Shown in pieces: positions 12,136 to 22,281 of a stretch of DNA of 50,942 bases. The DNA is taken from contig JAUCBJ010008031.1 of the NCBI GenBank assembly GCA_032718475.1, forward strand, positions 1 through 50,942, read 5' to 3'. The stretch comes from Nemertoderma westbladi. Taxonomy: Eukaryota; Animalia; Xenacoelomorpha. The notes below the pieces were generated by a model. The model did not search any database. It saw only the letters and a program-made list of their open reading frames with translations, and was not told where the DNA came from. Within the stretch, counting starts at the first letter, position 1. Each line of letters starts with the position of its first letter. A program made the translations under genes and the position numbers.

Positions 12136-14484
12136 GTCTTGGTACCTTACAACGTAATATTGTACCTGTACACGTACAGAACTTTCTACTACTGTAGATT
12201 TGAATTGTAAGCCGAACTCATTGGTATTCACAAAGACTAAGTGTAGCCAATATTCCTCGGACGTTTAATACTAACAAGAGTTTCTCATTTCCGCACGCGT
12301 TTACCAAACAAATATTATTCTAATTTTATATTAAATCTATATTTAGCTTACTTTAAAAAGGATAAGTGATCTAATCGTTTATGCCGGAACGTAATGAGTT
12401 TCAGCGATAAAGTGGAACTGATCACCGATTGTATGTACAGCAAGTGCACCCGATACGATGACCTGAAAAGCCTCGTTTTGCACCAAAACCCCTCCTGTAG
12501 CGGCATTGCAGCATGATGTATCACCTATACAGTATATAAAGCTCGTTTGCAGAGAATTCGAAAACGCATTAACCTTATTGGTCAATAAAACAATTGATTT
12601 TTCCACTAACTCTTAATGTATTAAACGTTGTTTGTTGTGTAGAACATTGGAATAATTTGAGAAAAACCTTGTCAAATTACCTGGTTATGGTAAACATACA
12701 TAAAGTTATACCTACACTACCGGTACAGTCTAGCTGTGTCGATAAATTAATTTATGTATACTATACACTATACAACTAGACCAACTACCAGACTATACCG
12801 GTGCAGGAAACTTCAAATGTTCAGATTTGAAATAACAACAGGGTGGTGGGTGAAATTTGTTTATATAGTTAGTGGAAAGTTTTCTACTTTGCTGCCCTAA
12901 CTATTTATGTTTTGAAATTTAGAAATTTCTCTCACAATATTACATATTTTTTAAAATAACAAATATCTTAATACGCAGTTTTTCATAAGTGGACGTTTCG
13001 TAATGTTATAGTTCTGGAGTAAAACTGCATACTTACGTGGTACAAAACAAAATATTTACTGATCCTCGTATCTCTTATTTGCACTCACTATGTTCGTTCG
13101 TGTAACAAATTACACGAATCAGAACACATTAAATTTATAATAGTCAGATGCATACGAAAAAAACAGAAAATGAGATTTTAATTTTAGAAAATTGCGAGAT
13201 GTCAAAACGAAATATTATTATACCAAATTAAATGACGACTGCTGAAAAACAATGTGCATTTAAGCCGAGATCCAACTGCGAATGACGTTTAAATAATCCT
13301 GGAATTAAGTGCGGGATTCATGAAGCCAAGTAAGTATCACAATATGATGTATGGGACTACTACCACACTTGAGAAAAAAAGTATCGGTAACAGTCACAAA
13401 AGTAAAAGACGTGAATAAATCAGCTGTTATTAGCTCCCCTAAATAAAGGCAGAAAAGTTAATTAACGTGTCAGTTCTCTTACTATTCAGACAAACAGTTA
13501 ATGGCATCAAGAATAGTGAGTTACGTAGCTTAGCCAAGCATTCGTTACAAACGTGACAATTTATTTTGGGTAACTGGATGGATAGATTATGCACTATGTC
13601 TGGCATGTAGTTTCTTAATTAACCCCCTATGAATCATTGGTGACGGTGTCAAGTTAATTTTGGTAACCAGGAAATTGGTTTTGATGAATATGAAATTCTG
13701 GAAAGTAGCTATAATTATAGAACCAATCATCAGATTCACCTGTAATTCGATAGGAGTGGCATGGTCCACAAATTGTACAGGTACGCGTAGGCATATATTG
13801 AATATTATTTTTGCCCTTTGTTTTAAGCCACCTTGGCCAGATCGGTAATTAGATACATGTGGCCGCATAATATATTTTTAATTACTTTTTTGTCTAATTA
13901 ACAAAATAATGTTAGGTAGAATTAAAACAATTGGTTCGGATGAATTGGGAATTAGTTTTGGGTAACCCGCTCTAATTTATAAAGGTTAATGGAAAGGTGG
14001 TTGCTATTCGTATGGTTGCTGAAACCAACGTGATTGTATTTTATTGACTAATTAATGTTACTCTTGTATAATAGCCACTTCCATATTGAGGTCACGAGGA
14101 TACTTTATTTATTTTATTTATGGTCAATTTCACTTAATTTGCTTTTACTTTACCAAAATCGTAGGGGCAACTGTATAAGCAACCATTAATTATTATCCAG
14201 GCAAGATCATGTAGAAAAAAACTGTTTATAATTACAAACAAATTCATATTTCAATAGAATTAAAAGATCATTTAGATTTGATAGATTAAACAATCAATTT
14301 GCCTAGCCAACTGGCGTCAAAAATATTTAGAAACGTCAATAATACAATACATACTTGTACCACCAAAAGAGAGTAATGCGTGTGTGTGTGTATACACTAC
14401 GTACAAAAATACCACCTAACTATTAACAACACTTATGGGAATGGCACTACTGCTGAGTGTTCAATTAAATAGCCGTGGCGACAG

Positions 14485-17204
14485 CTATTCATCCTTCTTG
14501 TTATTATATTCCCTGGAATCCCTGCGTGGGGGCGGGGGTCTCCGATTACCACCGGGGTGTCTACGAGACGAATGTTTATCCCAGTCCCGATCCCCTCGGT
14601 CCCTGTCGCCACGATCCCTGTCCCTCTCCCGATCCCTCTCCCGATCCCTCGCTCTATCCCACCCCCCGCGACTCCGCCCTCCCCAATCCCGCTCCCTTCG
14701 CCCCCGATCCCTCTCCCTCTCCCTATCCCTGCCCCAATCTCGGTCTCGCTCCCGATCCATGTCCCGACTCCTACTCCTCTCCCTGGCCCCCTCCCCGCCC
14801 CCTTCGCCCCCTTCCCCGGATGGAAGAGGAATCGCTTCCGGGAGTGGAGGACCATTAACTCCGGGGTGGATATTCCGACACGAGTCCCCGTGTTTGCAGC
14901 AGTTATTGAGGAAAAACCGACAGACAATCCGACCGTCTATCCCGCGAATAGTCGGAGTCTTTCCACTGGGGCCGGACTCCGCGGAATCTTTAAACGGCGG
15001 CGGCGGGGGCGGCGATATCGATCGCATACCGGCGCCGTCGTTCTGAGGGCGCAGAAAGGGGCGTCCGATGGGGGGAGGGGGCGGTCTGAACCCACGCATA
15101 GGCTGGGGACCCATCATGGGGGGTCCGCCCATCATAGGGGGTCCGTACGGGGGTCCCCATCCGGGGTCCTCCCATCATAGGGCCTCTCATCGGGCCCATC
15201 CCAGGCATCGGCATCCCCATCATGCCCTCCGGGCCGGGACCCATCTGCGGCATACCCATCATGGCGGGGTTGAATCCAGGCATCCCGCCGTGTGGGAACA
15301 TAGGGTGAAGAGGCATCATTGGCTGACCATGGGGGTCCATCATTGGTTGTCCATGGGGGTCTATCAATGGCTGTCCATGGGGGTCCATCAATGGCTGTCC
15401 ATGGGGGTCCATCAATGGCTGTCCATGGGGGTCTATCATTGGTTGTCCATGTGGGTCCATCATGGGCTGGCCGGGTGGGTCCAACATCGAGTTGGGTGCC
15501 CCGAAGTTGGGTGGGTACGCCGTCGACCCACCGTCGGGAGTGAGGGGATGACGAATCGAGTTATCCATCGGGGGAGGGGAGAGCTGAGGCGGTTGTTGTT
15601 GCCAGGAAACGGGCGTTGTAGGGGCGACCGCGACAGGGCTTGGAGCTCGTGGTTGTTTCTGAAGAGTGGCGCCGAGCAGATGGGAAAGAACGGGGGGGAG
15701 ATTGGGGTTGGTGGGGGGCGGGGACCACTCCTCGACGGGGTCGTCAGCGGACGCCAACGGGATCGACTTGGTGTCCGAAAGGGAGTCCAGCGTCTTGTGC
15801 TCAGGGTCGGGCTCCTTGGGGCTGTCGGGAATGTTGACCTTGTTGAAGAATATCTCGGCGAGCACGCTGGCCTCCCGCTCCTGTTGAACGCCGCACTCCT
15901 TGCTGTTGCATCCAGGCACAGATAGAGGGAGGCCCTGGGGCAGCTCGATACCCATCAGTGTCTGTGGCCACGGCTCAAACTCCCTTTCGCTCCCGGCGCC
16001 CGTGTTTGAGGCCTGTTTGAAGGCGTCCCGCTCGCGTAACATCTCGAGTTTCTGCGCCTCCTGGAAGTTGTGCTGATGCATCACGTTGACGCGTTCCCCG
16101 TCCTGCAACTCGAAGTAACACGTGTTCACGAGTTTATCGTCGCCCGCCCACGTGACTCGCTTCCGTTTCGGACCGTCTACCGCCGCTGGAGGCGCTTCTT
16201 TGAGCTCCTCTTTCAAGTCGCCATCCAAATCAACATTGCCCGTCTCATCAACAGCGTCTGTTTCGGTCGGCTTTCTCACTCGAACCGCGTCTAACGACGG
16301 CTGATTTCTTCAGGACAACCTTCTTGTGGGTGTGGACGGTGGTCACAGCCGAGGTAAGCGCGTCCAGAAACCCAGAACTTTCTTTCGGTTTTACCGGAGG
16401 GACAACCGCTTTCCCATTCTTACCGTTACCATTTGTCTCCGCTGGGTGCGTACCAAGTTTCGCTTCAGGATCGCCATAAAAAGATTTCACCTTTTTCACC
16501 GAAGGTTCTTCAACTAAAGACGCAGTCAAGTTTTTACCATCTCTAACTCTTTTATCTCCGAGACTCTTTTTTACCTCTTTAACTTTTTCAGTTTTAGTAA
16601 CTTTTTTTAATTTCCCCGCGGCGACCTTGCCTGGCTCTTTACTCGTCGATGGTTGAGGTTGAGGATCGGCTTTAAGTAGAGTCGGCGCAGGGCCCGAGGC
16701 TTTCACCAACTTCGTTTCGTCGGTTGACTGACTCCCTCGAATAATCCTCAACCAATTGAGCACGCAATGTTCGGCCGCCAACCTGAATGGCTCGCCCCGT
16801 GTATCCTCTTTACTATAGCGTTTAATAATCTTGGCGGTGTCGTTGGCCTTGAGTATCTCAACTGTGACCGGCATCATCTTAAATACCTTAAGTTGCTCGA
16901 TGATGAACGGTATGTTGTTCTGGGCGTTGGCGTCCTTCAGCCATGTGTTCATGATCGCCCAGCCGTTGCTGTCTATAAACTTCTGCAGAATATCGGACTG
17001 GTCAGTGGCCAGTAGGATGTTTAGATATATGCAACGACTAACGAGTTTCTTGGCTCCTGTCATTAACGAAGTGATGCGCTGCATGTCCTTACTGCTCTTT
17101 ACCTGTCCCGACTTGGAGAGAAGAGGTTCCAAGGCTTTCATTAATTGCCACGGATCCACTGGTTTCCCCTTCCCCTTCATTGGGGGGCGGGGTAGAATCG
17201 TCAT
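14485..17204 (-). CDS. PPP1R10: Serine/threonine-protein phosphatase 1 regulatory subunit 10 (PNUTS); single coding exon with two +1 frameshifts; about 905 aa if corrected
   Basis: Three consecutive minus-strand ORFs give the PNUTS domain order. (1) N-terminal TFIIS-N-like domain: PVDPWQLMKAL...KKLVSRCIYLNILL...NNIPFI. (2) PP1-binding RVxF motif KRKRVTW (16148-16168) followed by YFELQDGERVNV, then a Pro/Gly/Met-rich region. (3) C-x7-C-x5-C-x3-H zinc finger (14866-14922) followed by HPGVNGPPLP. Removing one base at 16272-16274 and one at 15155-15158 joins the three frames. Confidence 0.95.
15315..15490 (-). repeat. 24-bp coding repeat within PNUTS (P[ML][MI]DPHGQ, about 7 copies)
   Basis: Translation MLDPPGQ PMMDPHGQ PMIDPHGQ PLMDPHGQ PLMDPHGQ PLIDPHGQ PMMDPHGQ PMM. 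Confidence 0.9.
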
Positions 17205-17212
17205 GTTTGAAA

Positions 17213-17226
17213 CTGAAAGTAATCAC
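17213..17226 (-). promoter_or_regulatory. Putative 3' splice acceptor of a 5'-UTR intron of PPP1R10
   Basis: The minus strand reads ...GATTACTTTCAG|TTTCAAACATG, with the AG 8 nt before the ATG. Base composition switches abruptly to AT-rich beyond this point. Confidence 0.55.
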
Positions 17227-18732
17227 AACTGCGATTAGTTGGTGATGGGTTCGAGTTTTTATTTATATTTAATTTTATCCAAATTATGGGTTGTCTTCAA
17301 CTAGCAAACATAAATATATCTAATCGTATCTATTCAATAAATATCATAAATATTAATAATTTTTGCAATAAAACTAGTCAGCTATTTAATAAATCTGCCT
17401 ATAATAAACTAATTGTATGTGAAATATATTAGTGACATAATTGATATTAATAAATCAACATAAATAATTATTAAAAATATTTATTGTGAGAGCGGTAATT
17501 AAATTTACTAATTAATATTATTACATGATGGAAAATAACCAATATGCCTATTGTAAAATATATTTATAAAAAATATGCCTTCTGTTGGAAAATGAAAAAA
17601 TAAATATCATTGGAAGATTATTATTCTCTTTTTTTTTAATTATTATTATTAAAAGGATAATTATTCGCACATATTTATGTACAATATAACGTAACATTAA
17701 AAATTAAGACGTGATAGATTTATATCATATGGTAAGAAGCAGCATCACCCTGCAGAACAACACCATCCGTGAACAATCGTCTATCAATATGAACCGTAAG
17801 TGACTCCGCATTTGCCTTGCGTCATTAATTCGATGATTTATTACTAAAAAATAAAATCGGTAGAATAATATGAGATACCTATACTGTAGTCTATGCATAA
17901 ACCCTAGTAATAGGGGTGATAAATAGACAAGCTTTTTATAAATCTTTCCTCGGTTAAAAAACTAAGGATTCTTTGGCTCAAGGTCAAAATATTATTAAAA
18001 CAATAACATGATGGCGATATTTCGTACATCTATTGTGTAATGATTGAAACAATCGGTAATATCACTGCGGGTTCAGCTATACTATATCCATTTGAGTACC
18101 AGTAGGATTCAGTTGCAGCACCGCAGGACACGTCTTTCCACTCCAGAAAGTTTCGGGAACAAACGTTCATTACACCACCTCCTATATGTTTCAACTCGCT
18201 TTATCTCACTCCTACAAGTCCACTTGAAAACATAAAACCATTTGTTAGGCCGGCTGTAGTAAGACATTCAAGGAGTGGAGACCGTCTATGTGTTATTAGA
18301 CGCGGATCTTAAAGCGATTTCTCGCTTGTTATATTCTACGTTACTGTTTGAATCACCCTAGCTGAGAGGTAGATTGCGCTGTCAAAACTTTGCGTCTGAC
18401 AACCTTCTACACTTTTGGAGTTGTTTATTAGAGACCATACGTTGTTTTCTGGAGACAATATTATGTTGTTTATTAGAGACCATATGTTCATGCGTTATTT
18501 ATATTAATTGATTAGAGATTCATAAAAAGCGATTGATCATGCGAAACAATAAAATAAATAAAAACTACAAATAAAACGTTATTCGGTTTTGTATCTATGA
18601 TTAGACAGAGAGATTAAGGTGATAATATTTTTAATGCTTGACAAATGGATAGTCGAACATAAAAACGTAATTTGGTTGGACTTTATATCTTATGCCATCG
18701 ACACTCCATCCAAATTCTTCATTAATTATAAT

Positions 18733-18979
18733 ACAAGCAGGCAACGCAAGCAAACAGTCGACCGAAGCCGGATGCTACCCGAAGGCTCCGCTTTCGATAG
18801 CTGCTACCCGAAGGTAGGGCTAGGCGCTACTCCCATCCCAGAGTAATGCTCCCAGTTATTCAACAGGTCCTAATTTTGTTGATCCCCGGGGATGAACGAC
18901 TGAGTGGATCCCCAGGGCGGCTCGAACCTACAAACAATAGATTGCAGGACCGTTGATCAAACAACTGCGCTACCCCGCC
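18733..18979 (-). mobile_element. tRNA-derived SINE, approximately full length
   Basis: Minus strand: GGCGGGGTAGCGCAGTTG (A-box-like), GGTTCGAGCC B box (18919-18928), central CCACTCAGTCGTTCATCCCCGGGGATCAACAAAATTAGGACC, then a 3' tail with three TTCG-containing motifs and a (TTGC)-like end. Confidence 0.8.
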
Positions 18980-20242
18980 TTCGAACTTCTAGATATAAGG
19001 CCTACATCAACCACAGACAGACCTCACAAGGTTGTAAATGAAAAGCTGACGGGGACATCATTGGTTCTTGGTGGTGTTGATTGGGGTTAGTGTTTTGATT
19101 AGGTATACTGTAGTGGTCAACAGCTAACATAATTAAAATATGACGTAACTCTAGGTAATTCAACTTCTATGAACATCATTAAATATAACTTAGACGTTAA
19201 ATTCAAGGAAATGTAACCAATAAAAAAATAATTGCATTATATTTGGAATATTATTGTTGAAAGTTTCTCATAATATCATAGGATCAATTATTAATTACGG
19301 CTAGTGTTACTTGATACAGTAATTTAACATTAAGAAGAGATATTAATAATGTCCAGATAATGTAGATAATGTTAGATAGCGTCAGATAATATCGTTAGAT
19401 AATGTCAGAAGATAATGTTTAAAGCATATTTAATTTAATTCAGAACCAATATGTTTTCTACACGTTAAAACGGAATGAATGCGATTAATTATATTGTTAA
19501 TAAGATTTGGTAGTCCTTACGATACATTATAAGTTTGTTGCATCATCACCACGCAGTTGCTACGTAACTATTGTAAGACCATAAATAGATGTGCATGCTT
19601 CTAATGAAATCAATTATATTCTTTAATTTTGTGCATTTTAGGAACAATTAATTTTATCTTCATCTCATTCGCCCAACTCTCGTCTGTTTGCATCTTTGCC
19701 GGTACCGGTCGCACCTACAATTAGTACTGAAACTGAAATCAACTTCCCTTTATATTTCCCGCACCCCCCCCCCCCCCCCCCCCCTCCCGGCCCCTCATTA
19801 CTGTTGTAGACAGATGTTTTTATATTATTGAAAACGAGTGGAAACGTGGTTTTACGAATTGTGACACAAATGTTAATTTATCAAATAATTAATACCCTGT
19901 CTGCCTGTTAGTATTCAACTTGAATATAAAAATTATTTATAAGTTTTATGGAACACACGTTTTCAAAATTGTCACTTCGACAGATAGGGGGGGGGGGGGG
20001 GGGGGGGGAACTGGACGCAATACAAATTCATCCCACTCCAGGGGAAATTCGATGCAAATAACAGCTGATTACTCTCAAAAATAAAACTGTAACCTGTTCT
20101 ATAGTGTTTAGTTTATTGTTTTGGTTAAAATAACGTGCCACTGTTATCTGCTCCTTTCCCTAAATTGAGAATTTAACATTGAGGTGGGATATTAATTCGC
20201 CAAGGCGGGTTTTGCGTCGAGTTTCCCTAATCTAATCCCTAA

Positions 20243-20321
20243 TCATGACTCGCCCCACAGCATGTATCAAAGTGGAGACAGGGGGTCTCCACTTCGATAC
20301 ATGCTGTGGGGCGAGTCATGA
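20243..20321. repeat. Long hairpin/palindrome with 37-bp arms and a 5-nt loop
   Basis: TCATGACTCGCCCCACAGCATGTATCAAAGTGGAGAC-AGGGG-GTCTCCACTTCGATACATGCTGTGGGGCGAGTCATGA; one mismatch. Confidence 0.97.
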
Positions 20322-20525
20322 GGTGAGCGAAGCCTTAGCATAGGAGTACCATTAACGAGTTGTCTGTCGTCATCGTCGTCTAATTTTTCATCGCTAATAA
20401 CTCGGTCATACCTCGACGAAATTAAACCAAACTTGGTACGTATGCAGTCCGTCAAAAGTTTAGAAAGAATCTGAGGTTTGGTCAAAAATGAGACGGTCTG
20501 TCAGTCGGTACCGGAAGTTTCAGAC
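20243..20525 (+). mobile_element. Possible Helentron-associated non-autonomous element (HINE/DINE-like) fragment
   Basis: A terminal palindrome is followed by a GTCTGTCGTCATCGTCGTC microsatellite-like tract and ACCAAACTTGGTAC, an arrangement reminiscent of HINEs. No database check. Confidence 0.35.
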
Positions 20526-20994
20526 TTTTGATAAAAACAACTTGTAAATACAAAAACAAGTACTCGGATTACAGCATCTCAGACGAACTGAGTGTCATGC
20601 TGCGCGAAGGCCCCACGAACGTGTATTAGGCTTATATGTCATCTAAACGATAAGGGTTCACGGCTCTAGAGTACGGATCAACCACACAGCAAGTTGCCAT
20701 TAAGTAATTGTCAATATACAAGATAAAAGTAGCTTTATTTATAGTAAACTCTAATGTCGGTACAACAGCTGGTTTATATAGGAGTGGATGCAAACCAACA
20801 GGTGTGATATGGTATTAGGTAACAAAAGTTTAAAATATTCGATTTAATGATTTTGGGAAAGGGTAAAGTAGGCTCCCGAATGGAGCCATTTTCTAGTCAA
20901 ATAATTAATAAATGTATCCCAGTATCTTAATGTCATAATTGGGTCGGTGATAGAATACAGACGCTGCGCAAAGCCCAAAACGAAAACTAATCGA

Positions 20995-21470
20995 AAATGA
21001 AGCCAATGCGCGTGCCAGTGACGTACTGTGAAGGTAGCCAATGCGCGTGCCAGTGACGTACTGTGAAGGTAGCCAATGCGCGTGCCAGTGACGTACCTGT
21101 GAAGGTAGCCAATAGATGCGATAAACGATCCATTCCACATGCAATAAACCGAGGCCTTCCAGTTGCGAACAGCCAGTACTTACCACGCATAAGCGTCAGA
21201 ATAACTTATTGTTTTGAACTGCGGTAAAACATTTTGAAATTCAAATTTCCGGTGGGAGCCCTTATATTATTTACTTCACAGATCCGCTTGTCACAAGTGT
21301 TCTTCGCTTAATCCTCGCTTTGCGTCGCTAGTCGTTAATATTCATTAATCGCTTATTCATCAATAAGTACGCATTTATCAACCATCTATCATCGCATTGA
21401 CTAGTTGGCGTCTCTCATTGGACCATCACACTGCGCGGAATAGACTGCGGTCGTTGGTTAGCGTTGAGCT
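20995..21470. promoter_or_regulatory. CpG-containing promoter-like region; 35-bp unit x3 carrying CCAAT and TGACGT; candidate PPP1R10 promoter/first exon
   Basis: AGCCAATGCGCGTGCCAGTGACGTACTGTGAAGGT is repeated at 21001-21112. Further CCAAT/ATTGG boxes lie at about 21382 and 21417, and a possible minus-strand donor GTAAAT at about 21270-21275. Confidence 0.4.
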
Positions 21471-22281
21471 CCATAGCAGTCACATAATCGAAGGTAATTT
21501 TGGTCCCAGTCAGAGGCCCAATGAATGATATTTTTTTTGTCCCATTTTTGGGAAGCCCCCCTTTCCCACACGTCACACTGTCACGATATGTTGGCCCCAT
21601 CCCCCCTCCCTTGCGTTTCGTAATTTAAGGAAGGAGCCGGTTTACTTTTTCTAGAGTTGATAACCTTTTAAAATACCTTTGTGTAAAAAGTTTGTAGGGT
21701 GATGATACGAGCGTCTCGAAGGTCTGAACACAGTATAGTACTTTCCAACAATTATGTAGGTAGTTTTACTCAAAATGCATTGCATTTCATTGCATTACGA
21801 AAGTCCAGCAGATGGAGCTTTTTATTAAATAAGCATATTATATTACCTCGCGGAATATCCAAACTAATAATACCGCATCAAACTAATAAGTACAGTATAT
21901 ATTTTATAAAGTTTTTGACTTTTAGACTCCGTAGTGGATACCGATATGACCACGACTGCAGATAGTCATACAATGATAGCCGGCTCTACCAATATCAGAA
22001 AGGTAGTGGGCACTCTTCACAGCGCAGTCCCAAACTCATCAGCGTCATCAAGGCGGCGTCTTTTAGCACACGCCTCATAATTTTGGCCATTCTCGACGTA
22101 TCCAAGACGGCCACCTAGAGCACATCTTTTACCATATTTATTATGTTTATGTATTTATTATGCTTTTGCTGCAAACACCTGCTTTCAAGCCTCTGATCTT
22201 ATTGCAATTACAAGCGATACCCTGCAGACACGATGTCGAGTGTTAATCACCATTTCATCGTAGAACAGATCCGCCTGTGAG

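Noticed and set aside
12379-12606. Possible exons at about 11230-11300, 12380-12530, 13590-13870, 18050-18310, 22000-22275 and 25320-25760
   Set aside because: Several frames are open, splice signals are weak or inconsistent, and no protein family is recognisable.
14433-17238. Plus-strand and alternate-frame ORFs overlapping PNUTS
   Set aside because: Shadow ORFs of a GC-rich low-complexity CDS.
18905-18979. tRNA gene (also 34285-34358)
   Set aside because: A/B boxes are present but the cloverleaf arms are degenerate and the sequence continues into a SINE body.
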